37,337 nucleotides of DNA from a virus: positions 1 through 37,337 of the IMG/VR virus record IMGVR_UViG_3300049076_000010. One strand, given 5' to 3'. A program made the position numbers and the translations under genes. Every line of letters begins with the position of its first letter. Position 1 is the stretch's first letter. Shown here in pieces: positions 1 through 6,538 of this stretch. Under the pieces are notes generated by a model. That model made no database searches, was not told the DNA's origin, and saw only the letters and a program-made list of their open reading frames with translations.

Positions 1-127
1 TGGTGTGGACACCGTTAAAACGCCTTTGGGTATGTTTGAGGACGAGCATATCGAAAACGACTTGTTAGCAGTCGATAAAGCTATCACAGAGTATTACGAC
101 ATTAAATAATTTAGGAGTTATAACATG
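1..127. repeat. Terminal overlap copy 1, identical to 37211-37337 (circularisation overlap)
   Basis: Read directly: bases 1-127 (tggtgtggacaccgtt...ggagttataacatg) recur exactly at 37211-37337. The repeat cuts through the 3' end of CDS 36660-37319 and ends on the ATG of CDS 125-766. Confidence 0.9.
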
Positions 128-766
128 GGTTTCAAAACAGACTTTAACGAGGCTAAGAATGCAGACAGAACCAATCAGTCTATCAAGACATCGGGTAAGT
201 ATATTGGCATAATTACACGCGCTGAAAAGTTACTGAGCAAGAAAGATACACAAGGCGTTGGATTCTCATTCAAAACAGACAATGGCGACACGGCTAATTA
301 TCTGGATATTTATACCATGAATGCTAAAGGTGAAAAATTACCTGGCTACGCATTAGTCAATGCTATTTTGTGTTGCGCTAAACTGCGCGAAGTGACTGAC
401 GGTATCATTGAGTTTGAAAAATGGGATAAAGACGCTAAAGCAATGGTTAAGGCAAAGGCAGAGGGCTACCCTGAATTAATGGGTAAGCGCATTGGCTTCT
501 TGTTACAGCAAGAATTGTCCACCAACATTGAAACTGGCGCTGATTCTGACCGTGTTAATGTGTATGGCGTATTTGAAGCCGATACAGGTTTTACTGCCTC
601 TGAGATTATAGATAAAGCCACAAAACCTGAAAAGCTAGAAAAAATGCTTACGGCGTTAATGGCGCGTCCTGTTTATGATCGCCGCGAGAAACCGTTAACT
701 GGCAATCAAGCTATGCCTTATTCAAGCTCTCCATCAGCTTTTGATGACGAAGAGGCACCTTTCTAA
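125..766 (+). CDS. ssDNA-binding-like protein (DUF669-style) with acidic C-terminal tail
   Basis: 213-aa ORF with a GGAG RBS (aggagttataacATG). The C-terminus ...DDEEAPF resembles SSB acidic tails. It lies directly after a P-loop ATPase, as in Sak4/AAA_24 + SSB pairs. Family recalled, not searched. Confidence 0.55.
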   Translation: MGFKTDFNEAKNADRTNQSIKTSGKYIGIITRAEKLLSKKDTQGVGFSFKTDNGDTANYLDIYTMNAKGEKLPGYALVNAILCCAKLREVTDGIIEFEKWDKDAKAMVKAKAEGYPELMGKRIGFLLQQELSTNIETGADSDRVNVYGVFEADTGFTASEIIDKATKPEKLEKMLTALMARPVYDRREKPLTGNQAMPYSSSPSAFDDEEAPF

Positions 767-1263
767 TGGCTACTTTATATCAACTCACAGGAGAGCGCCT
801 TGACTTGGAGAATAAGTTAAAGGCGCTGGATTTAGACGAACAAACCATCGAAGATACTTTGGAAGGGGAGGCATTAGCCATTGAAGCAAAGATTGAATCT
901 TACGGCTATGTGATTAAAAACCTACGTGCCCCTGCTGTTGCTATTGACGAAGAGATTAAGCGTCTCCAAGAGCGTAAAAAGGCCTTTGATAAGCAAGCCG
1001 ATCGTATTGAACACTGGCTATTTGAGAATATGGTTAAATCAGGTATCCATAAAGTTGAATGTCCGGCTTTCACGATTGCTTTGCAGAATAATCCTGCTTC
1101 GGTATTTGTGGCTGATGAATCCTTGATTCCAAAAGAGTATATGCGCCAAGCAGAAGCGCCACCACCAGCACCAGACAAGAAAGCCATTGCAGCGGCTATC
1201 AAAGAAGGTAAGGTTGTGGATGGGTGCGTGCTAAATCATACGCAAAGACTGGTAATTAAGTAA
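766..1263 (+). CDS. Gp157-like protein (Siphovirus Gp157 family style)
   Basis: 165-aa ORF. Its start overlaps the upstream stop (TAATG). The N-terminus MATLYQLTGERLDLENKL plus coiled coil is typical of Gp157-family proteins next to phage recombination genes. Confidence 0.5.
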   Translation: MATLYQLTGERLDLENKLKALDLDEQTIEDTLEGEALAIEAKIESYGYVIKNLRAPAVAIDEEIKRLQERKKAFDKQADRIEHWLFENMVKSGIHKVECPAFTIALQNNPASVFVADESLIPKEYMRQAEAPPPAPDKKAIAAAIKEGKVVDGCVLNHTQRLVIK

Positions 1264-1304
1264 ACCGCACTAGACGGTATCTAGTAACTATAGGGGTAAA
1301 AATA

Positions 1305-1913
1305 ATGAATAAGACGTTAATGGCTCTAGCTTTATTAAGTGTAATCAGTACGGCACATGCAGGGAATGACAATGCAAATCCTTGCGGTAATAACGGAAAT
1401 AATTGTAATACGGGAGGTGCTGGCGGTAATGGTACAGGCATCGGTATTGGCGTAGGTGTAGGCGGTCAGGGTGGCGCTGGTGGTCAAGGCGGTGATGCAG
1501 ATGCAACGGCTATCGGTTTGGGTGGAACAGCTAATGCTGGTGCAATTTCTGGCTCATCATCTAACGCAGGTGCTATCTCAGGTTCTGCTGCCAACAATTC
1601 CAATAACTCTAGCAATTCAACAACGACTAACGTAGCTGGTGACAAAGTAGAAGCGCCAAACATTCCTACTGCAAGTTCTATTGCGGTTAGTGGTAATGGC
1701 ACGGCTGGATGCTTGATTCATAAACAGTTAAGTTTTAATGCATTCTTCGTATCATTTGCTAATGGTGGTCATGAAGTAGAATTCATTTGTAAAGCAGAAG
1801 AACTTGGCTTGCATGAAGTCGCTGTGCAAATGTCATGCAATAAAGATTCAGGTTTTAAGAAAGCTTACAACCAGGTTGCAGAGCTTAATGGCACGCCTGC
1901 TTGTTTGGAATAA
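1305..1913 (+). CDS. Secreted Gly/Asn/Ser-rich low-complexity protein with Cys-containing C-terminal domain
   Basis: 202-aa ORF. Sec-type signal MNKTLMALALLSVISTAHA|G. Residues about 20-110 are G/N/S/A repeats (GGAGGNGTGIGIGVGVGGQGGAGGQGG; NAGAISGSS twice). The C-terminal roughly 70 aa are globular with 4 Cys. Confidence 0.75.
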   Translation: MNKTLMALALLSVISTAHAGNDNANPCGNNGNNCNTGGAGGNGTGIGIGVGVGGQGGAGGQGGDADATAIGLGGTANAGAISGSSSNAGAISGSAANNSNNSSNSTTTNVAGDKVEAPNIPTASSIAVSGNGTAGCLIHKQLSFNAFFVSFANGGHEVEFICKAEELGLHEVAVQMSCNKDSGFKKAYNQVAELNGTPACLE

Positions 1914-1965
1914 AAGAACCTCGTACGGGTAGTTAGGTAAAAGGCAGAGGGCGAATCCTCGAGGC

Positions 1966-2043
1966 AGTATCTAGCCTGTAGCACCATCCGAAAGGATTGA
2001 TTAGGCCAAGCTGAAACTTGGGGTGTTATGGAGTAGGTATTTA
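1966..2043 (+). repeat. Conserved non-coding element, copy A (partner at 33386-33459)
   Basis: Three colinear blocks are shared with copy B: AGTATCTAGCCTGTAGCAC (19/19), TTAGGCC (7/7) and GTGTTATGGAnTAnGTATTTA (19/21). It ends 10 nt before the ATG at 2054. Confidence 0.7.
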
Positions 2044-2053
2044 AAGGGAATTT

Positions 2054-2233
2054 ATGACTATTACAATGAATGAATTAAATAAGCTATATGCTGCAAAGCT
2101 ACTGGAAACAGGTTCACACGATAAAGCCATGTTACATGTATGGTGGGTAGCCTATAACACAGATAGACCGGAAGGATGGGCTAAGAAGCAATACCAATTA
2201 ACAATGGATCATTGGGAAGCTAAGTATGGTTAA
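2054..2233 (+). CDS. Hypothetical small protein (59 aa)
   Basis: Hand-translated: MTITMNELNKLYAAKLLETGSHDKAMLHVWWVAYNTDRPEGWAKKQYQLTMDHWEAKYG*. AAGGG lies 5 nt upstream. Below the ORF-track cutoff. Confidence 0.45.
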   Translation: MTITMNELNKLYAAKLLETGSHDKAMLHVWWVAYNTDRPEGWAKKQYQLTMDHWEAKYG

Positions 2234-2251
2234 CTACAAATGGGGGTTATT

Positions 2252-2395
2252 ATGTATTCTGATGATGACTGTTCTAAACGTGAGCGTTACTTACTTGAAA
2301 TGAAGAAGTCTGATGTAGATAGGATAGCAAGATGGGGATTTTGGGTTACAGTAACATTGTGGGTAGTGTTAGTGCTGTTTGTTTTGTTTTATTAG
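2252..2395 (+). CDS. Hypothetical small membrane protein (47 aa, C-terminal TM)
   Basis: Hand-translated: MYSDDDCSKRERYLLEMKKSDVDRIARWGFWVTVTLWVVLVLFVLFY*. GGGGG-rich RBS (aaatgggggttattATG). Confidence 0.4.
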   Translation: MYSDDDCSKRERYLLEMKKSDVDRIARWGFWVTVTLWVVLVLFVLFY

Positions 2396-2440
2396 GCTTA
2401 AGGTCTTGGCAGATAGTATGCCATAACAACTGGAGGTTGT

Positions 2441-2647
2441 ATGAGTGATTGTAGGATAGCTGGTGATTTATTAATTTCTCACCAATTAGAGAAAATGATG
2501 CGAAACGTAGAATGGCTAAAGCATCGTGAAGAACTCAGCGAGCATATTTCTGGACAGTTAAGGCTTTACCTAGACAGCCCAACCTCGTTAAAACTTCATG
2601 ACGACGACCGATTTTTCTTAGAAAATCTAACTAAGGTAATTCTATGA
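2441..2647 (+). CDS. Hypothetical protein (68 aa)
   Basis: ORF track. GGAGG RBS (ctggaggttgtATG). Confidence 0.55.
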   Translation: MSDCRIAGDLLISHQLEKMMRNVEWLKHREELSEHISGQLRLYLDSPTSLKLHDDDRFFLENLTKVIL

Positions 2648-2848
2648 GTGAATTGCGCCATGATTAACAAAATACCTTACTTATTACTATTCTTATGCGG
2701 CTTAATTGCTGGCGTATCTCTACATTCTTTCTATGAGTTTAATAAACCTAAACCACTATTACCCACTAAATGCACCATTACCCAAGGTAAGCATACCCAT
2801 CAGTTTGAATGCTCAATCGAAATGGATCATGGGAACATTAAATTATGA
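2648..2848 (+). CDS. Hypothetical membrane-anchored protein; start ambiguous (GTG 2648 or ATG 2660)
   Basis: ORF track. Hydrophobic N-terminal segment IPYLLLFLCGLIAGVSL. Last gene of the plus-strand operon. Its 3' end overlaps the convergent minus-strand gene by 6 nt. Confidence 0.45.
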   Translation: MNCAMINKIPYLLLFLCGLIAGVSLHSFYEFNKPKPLLPTKCTITQGKHTHQFECSIEMDHGNIKL

Positions 2849-3061
2849 TTTACCCTCTACCCGCTCCATTTTCATTTCTAAGCTTTCCAGTCTGCGCCTT
2901 ATCTCTGCACGTTGGTCTGCGGCATAATCAAAGTCTCTAGCGCTATTGGCTTGTAAGGTAGTTACGGTATCTTTAATCGTAAGTAAGGTAGATGAAAACC
3001 ATATCAATATACCAATGATAATGGCTTGCAGTATTTGCCCGATATTCAAGTTAAGCGGCAT
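2843..3061 (-). CDS. Small N-terminal-TM, coiled-coil protein at the end of the lysis cassette (possible lysis accessory or spanin-like)
   Basis: 72 aa. TM segment IGQILQAIIIGILIWFSSTLL is followed by a charged helical tail (RAEIRRRLESLEMKMERVEG). Start codon abuts the upstream stop. Function inferred from position only. Confidence 0.5.
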   Translation of the reverse strand: MPLNLNIGQILQAIIIGILIWFSSTLLTIKDTVTTLQANSARDFDYAADQRAEIRRRLESLEMKMERVEGKS

Positions 3062-3522
3062 TATACGAACCTACCGACTAATGGCGAATAATTAGTAATA
3101 GTTTCAGTTTCCAGCGGTTTAGGCGCACGTTTAACCACGTCTAAGCTGTGTTTAGGGATGCCGAATAGCTGTACCGCCTTATACCATGCAAATGCCCTAA
3201 AGCTCAATACACCATCTTTAATGAGCCTGTCATAAAACCACTTATCGGCATAGTCTTTATAGGTTGAAGGTAAAAGCCGTTGCCCCATGAGTTTATACAC
3301 GACATCATGGCCTAGCGCCGCACATACCGTATCAGGGGTGTCGATCGTTGGGCCGCTTGCCCCATCCCATGAGAATCCTGGAAACACCGTGACATTGCCT
3401 TTTTTATCAAACTCAATCGTTTCATAATCACCGGAATAGCCTGGGGCTGGTATCTGGAAAGTAAAGATAGAATGTAGTTTCTTGCTTGAGCCTACATCCG
3501 AATAAAACACGGTGTCTGTCAT
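3061..3522 (-). CDS. DUF1353-family protein
   Basis: 153 aa. The motifs FPGFSWDGASGP and ALGHDVVYKL match the DUF1353 signature (xDGaSiP ... HDxlY) as I recall it. Confidence 0.7.
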   Translation of the reverse strand: MTDTVFYSDVGSSKKLHSIFTFQIPAPGYSGDYETIEFDKKGNVTVFPGFSWDGASGPTIDTPDTVCAALGHDVVYKLMGQRLLPSTYKDYADKWFYDRLIKDGVLSFRAFAWYKAVQLFGIPKHSLDVVKRAPKPLETETITNYSPLVGRFV

Positions 3523-3566
3523 GCTTCCCCCTGAAATTATTTAGTTTTGTTTGGAAGTAATACGCC

Positions 3567-4046
3567 TCAAGCTTCGTTATTTGAGCTTTTGTCATCACTA
3601 TTGATCACAGGTAATTTATAGTTAGGCTTTAGATTGGACACAGGCCAGCGGTAGCCAGCTACGCGGTCTCTGTTAAATGGTGCGACTGAAACTTTGTCTT
3701 TTTGATTGCCACCAATGACCAATAAACGGCCTAATTGATCAACCCCTGTGACAAGCCCAACGTGACCACCACCAGCACGATTAAACACCACGATGCAGCC
3801 ATAAGCAGGGTTTTCTAAAGCTATCCCCCAATTGAGCCAGTCTTTAGCCCTGTACCAGTGTTTAGGCAAAGGATAGCCACCGAAGCAATGCGCCATGAAT
3901 GTGCCGCACCACGGGGTTAAGTCATCTTTCCACCATGCTTTAAGCTCTGTCAGCCATTTAACGATAGTCGGGTTATTCTCTTTTCCTGGAACCTCTGTTA
4001 AGCCTTCGTGTGCATATGCTTTGACTAGCCAGCTAGGTTTAATCAT
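3567..4046 (-). CDS. Putative endolysin, NlpC/P60-like cysteine peptidase (TIGR02594-type)
   Basis: 159 aa. Candidate catalytic Cys in TPWCGTFMAHC and His in GGGHVGLVTG. ATGA overlap with the upstream holin-like gene. Confidence 0.7.
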   Translation of the reverse strand: MIKPSWLVKAYAHEGLTEVPGKENNPTIVKWLTELKAWWKDDLTPWCGTFMAHCFGGYPLPKHWYRAKDWLNWGIALENPAYGCIVVFNRAGGGHVGLVTGVDQLGRLLVIGGNQKDKVSVAPFNRDRVAGYRWPVSNLKPNYKLPVINSDDKSSNNEA

Positions 4047-4288
4047 TGTTTCGCCTCTTTATCCGTACAACGTCTATTACGCGACTGACAGCCGTTTTTC
4101 ATAGCTACCCCTAGTGTTAGTATTACCCCAAGCATAAAAATGTCTTGGTGGCCCGTAGATGAAGCCGTAATGCATCCTAGGAATAGAATTCCGTGTGCAA
4201 TCTTGTCCAGAATGAATTTAGTGTTGATGCCATCGCAATATTCAATAGCCAGGACTAATAATGCGATTAAGAAGTAGTGAAGTATCAT
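4043..4288 (-). CDS. Holin-like small membrane protein
   Basis: 81 aa with 2-3 hydrophobic segments and a basic, charged C-terminus (SRNRRCTDKEAKQ). Immediately upstream of, and overlapping, the endolysin gene. Confidence 0.55.
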   Translation of the reverse strand: MILHYFLIALLVLAIEYCDGINTKFILDKIAHGILFLGCITASSTGHQDIFMLGVILTLGVAMKNGCQSRNRRCTDKEAKQ

Positions 4289-4635
4289 TTTAGAAATTTC
4301 TCTGCGAACTTATCTATAATTAATGAAGCTTTATCCGCTATCTGATTAATAAATAATGGGATTTTCTTGGTGATTTGAATTGATAGACCCATTCCCCAAA
4401 CGCCAATACCAAAATAGATAAGGCCTTGCATAGTCTGTGCATGAATATTTTGCCATTCTATAAAGGCTGAACCTGCAATAACGGAAATGGAGGCTCCATA
4501 AAAAAACCACCAAGCTTTGGCGGTTAATTTGTTTTCCGTATCGTCTATAAATACCGCTAATCCACTGCCAATTGCTGCTGGTATTATCCATTTAACTACC
4601 AGCCAAACTTGCAAAGCACCTTCGCCCATATCCAT
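4285..4635 (-). CDS. Membrane protein, second holin/antiholin candidate
   Basis: 116 aa with 3-4 predicted TM segments. Start-stop overlap with the next gene. First gene after the tail fibre genes. Confidence 0.5.
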   Translation of the reverse strand: MDMGEGALQVWLVVKWIIPAAIGSGLAVFIDDTENKLTAKAWWFFYGASISVIAGSAFIEWQNIHAQTMQGLIYFGIGVWGMGLSIQITKKIPLFINQIADKASLIIDKFAEKFLK

Positions 4636-4673
4636 TCCTTATTATTAATTGCGCGTTCTTTTAGGCGCTTAGG

Positions 4674-5081
4674 TTACAAAAAATCTTTAAATAGCGGCAT
4701 TTCAGCGATTAACTCTATTTCTGAGGGAATAGGCCTTTTATCAGCTTCAACATCAGCCTGGATAACAAGCGCTTTCTCCCATAATGCCGTTACCCATTTA
4801 GGGGCTGCTGCGGCTTCTGCTGCCCAAGTGGGATTAGTTGAGCTTAGATAAACCGCCATTCTCTCTAGGTTGTTATAGCCCATTGCTTTAACGATAGTCT
4901 GGATATGTGATTCGATAGCATTATCTAAACGGGAGATAGTCTGCTCTCCGGTTTCCACTGTTTTAGGCTGTGTTTCTTCTATAGAGATAACGTCGCCTTC
5001 TTTTAATGAAGGCTCGTAATTATCATCATTAGGCCCATAACAAACCAAAGTGCCATTGTTTCTAACAACTTTAAAACTCAT
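4674..5081 (-). CDS. Hypothetical protein, possible tail-fibre accessory/assembly factor
   Basis: 135 aa. ATGA-coupled to the 3' end of the tail fibre gene. Function by position only. Confidence 0.4.
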   Translation of the reverse strand: MSFKVVRNNGTLVCYGPNDDNYEPSLKEGDVISIEETQPKTVETGEQTISRLDNAIESHIQTIVKAMGYNNLERMAVYLSSTNPTWAAEAAAAPKWVTALWEKALVIQADVEADKRPIPSEIELIAEMPLFKDFL

Positions 5082-6442
5082 GGTAGATATTCCTTGATTG
5101 TGATTCTGGAAGCCATTACACCGCCGTATATTTGCACACCAGCACCGCCATTGAATGTGGTTGTGCCAGCCAGGTTGCCACCAGCCCTAACTCTAAAGGT
5201 CGTTGCAGATGTAGTGCCTGCGGTCATGATGTAGGTGAAATTAATGCAGGTATTACCGCCAGCGGTGGCAATCAATGATCCAGCAGCGGCTAATGCATTG
5301 GCAGTGGCATCCTGAAATAAGGCTGCGCCCATATTGTTAACAACCGATGATGCAACAATGATGGTGACGGCTATTTCTAAGGTGCTGGACGCATTCGTTG
5401 GAGTAATAGCAAGGCTTAAGTATTGGTCGCCTTCTGTGATCTGGGGAATGGTGTTATCAAAAGGGAGTAAGGTGGTTCCTGTAGCAACGGTGCCAGATTG
5501 TGAAGTAACGCTTTGCGCAAGTTTTTTACTCGTGTAATCAACCAAGGCAAGCCCACTATATTTCTTAGGGCGCAACCTAAACTGTGTCGTGGTAACTGCG
5601 GTGACTTCTACTTCATCACCTGCCGCACCTGTAAAGCTGACAACGCCATCAATCAGCATATTTGCGCCAGCCGTGAAACTTGCTGCGCCTGCAAGTATCA
5701 ATGTTCGTGTAACCCCTGCTTGTGGTGCTGCTGCAAATCCGGTTGCTGTAGTCGTGCCTGTGTAGTTGATATTGTTGGAAGTGTTAGTCCAGATGTCAGG
5801 GGTAGTAGCGGATGCGACTGTAGAGATGGATTCATTAATTGCATCGCCACTGCGTAGATTTAATTTGGGGATGCTGCTATTGGTCGGTGTTAAAATTCCG
5901 TATTGCACTGCTGATAAACCGCTATCTAATACGCTTGAACCATCCATAAATACAGTAACAGTTGTTAACGCGCCAAACACGCTAGCAGTGATTGTCCCGT
6001 ACACCGTCCCTGCCGTGACCGTGGCTTTAATCCTGCGGCCTACTTCAAATGCTGTGGTTTGATCGCCTGGCAGAGTGAATTGTGTGGCAGAAACATAGGT
6101 AGGCGTAACCCCTGAAACTAACCATTGGTCGATGGTTAAAGATGCGTCGTTAATGCCAGTGACGTTATCTATATCCCAAATAGGCGAGACAGGCGGGTCG
6201 CTATCGGTCGAAGCGGTAAACACAAACTTATAGCTTAAACCTTCCGTTAACCAGATAGGCTGAGTAGGTTCGCCACGGCTATCCAATATGATAGGGTTGG
6301 TTTGCGGTGTTAAGCCATCAGCCCCTGTATAGGTGGTTTGTTTTGTGCTTGAGCCTGCTGCATAGCTGAATAATTTAGCCCCGCTTGCAGGGATGCCGTT
6401 AATAAATTGGGCTGACAAAATAACTGGCGAAAGCTTAGCCAT
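5078..6442 (-). CDS. Tail fibre / receptor-binding protein
   Basis: 454 aa. The N-terminus (MAKLSPVILSAQFINGIPASGAKLFSYAAGSSTKQTTYTGADGL...NPIILDSRGEP) is the common phage fibre/spike N-terminal pattern. The rest is T/S/G/A-rich and beta-like. Last structural gene. Confidence 0.7.
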   Translation of the reverse strand: MAKLSPVILSAQFINGIPASGAKLFSYAAGSSTKQTTYTGADGLTPQTNPIILDSRGEPTQPIWLTEGLSYKFVFTASTDSDPPVSPIWDIDNVTGINDASLTIDQWLVSGVTPTYVSATQFTLPGDQTTAFEVGRRIKATVTAGTVYGTITASVFGALTTVTVFMDGSSVLDSGLSAVQYGILTPTNSSIPKLNLRSGDAINESISTVASATTPDIWTNTSNNINYTGTTTATGFAAAPQAGVTRTLILAGAASFTAGANMLIDGVVSFTGAAGDEVEVTAVTTTQFRLRPKKYSGLALVDYTSKKLAQSVTSQSGTVATGTTLLPFDNTIPQITEGDQYLSLAITPTNASSTLEIAVTIIVASSVVNNMGAALFQDATANALAAAGSLIATAGGNTCINFTYIMTAGTTSATTFRVRAGGNLAGTTTFNGGAGVQIYGGVMASRITIKEYLP

Positions 6443-6538
6443 AGGTTTTCCTTAATTTGACTTTATGTTTATTTGTGTTAATGTGCGGCTATGGAATTAC
6501 CATTTAACCCCATCGCTGTAGGCGCTGTGATTGTGTTT

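Noticed and set aside
1-127. The terminal direct repeat considered as a genuine phage DTR or LTR-like mobile element end
   Set aside because: Its length equals a typical assembler k-mer, its boundaries fall inside coding sequence, and the operon continues across the junction. See the corresponding finding for how to test this.
1420-1640. Short tandem DNA repeats considered as a CRISPR or VNTR array
   Set aside because: They are in-frame coding repeats of the Gly/Asn/Ser-rich secreted protein. They have no spacer-repeat architecture.
2706-2927. 73-aa plus-strand ORF running across the convergent operon boundary
   Set aside because: It is out of frame with 2648-2848, has no RBS, and extends antisense into the minus-strand gene.
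2843-3522. Search for an embedded Rz1-like lipoprotein ORF in alternative frames of the last two lysis-cassette genes
   Set aside because: Reading the minus strand by eye, I could find no ATG-initiated frame with a lipobox (L-x-[GAS]-C).
5334-6062. Three plus-strand ORFs (5334-5537, 5513-5857, 5766-6062) antisense to the tail fibre gene
   Set aside because: They are embedded in a long, well-supported minus-strand CDS. Their products are Cys/Arg/Val-rich and look like nonsense, with no RBS. They are typical shadow ORFs.
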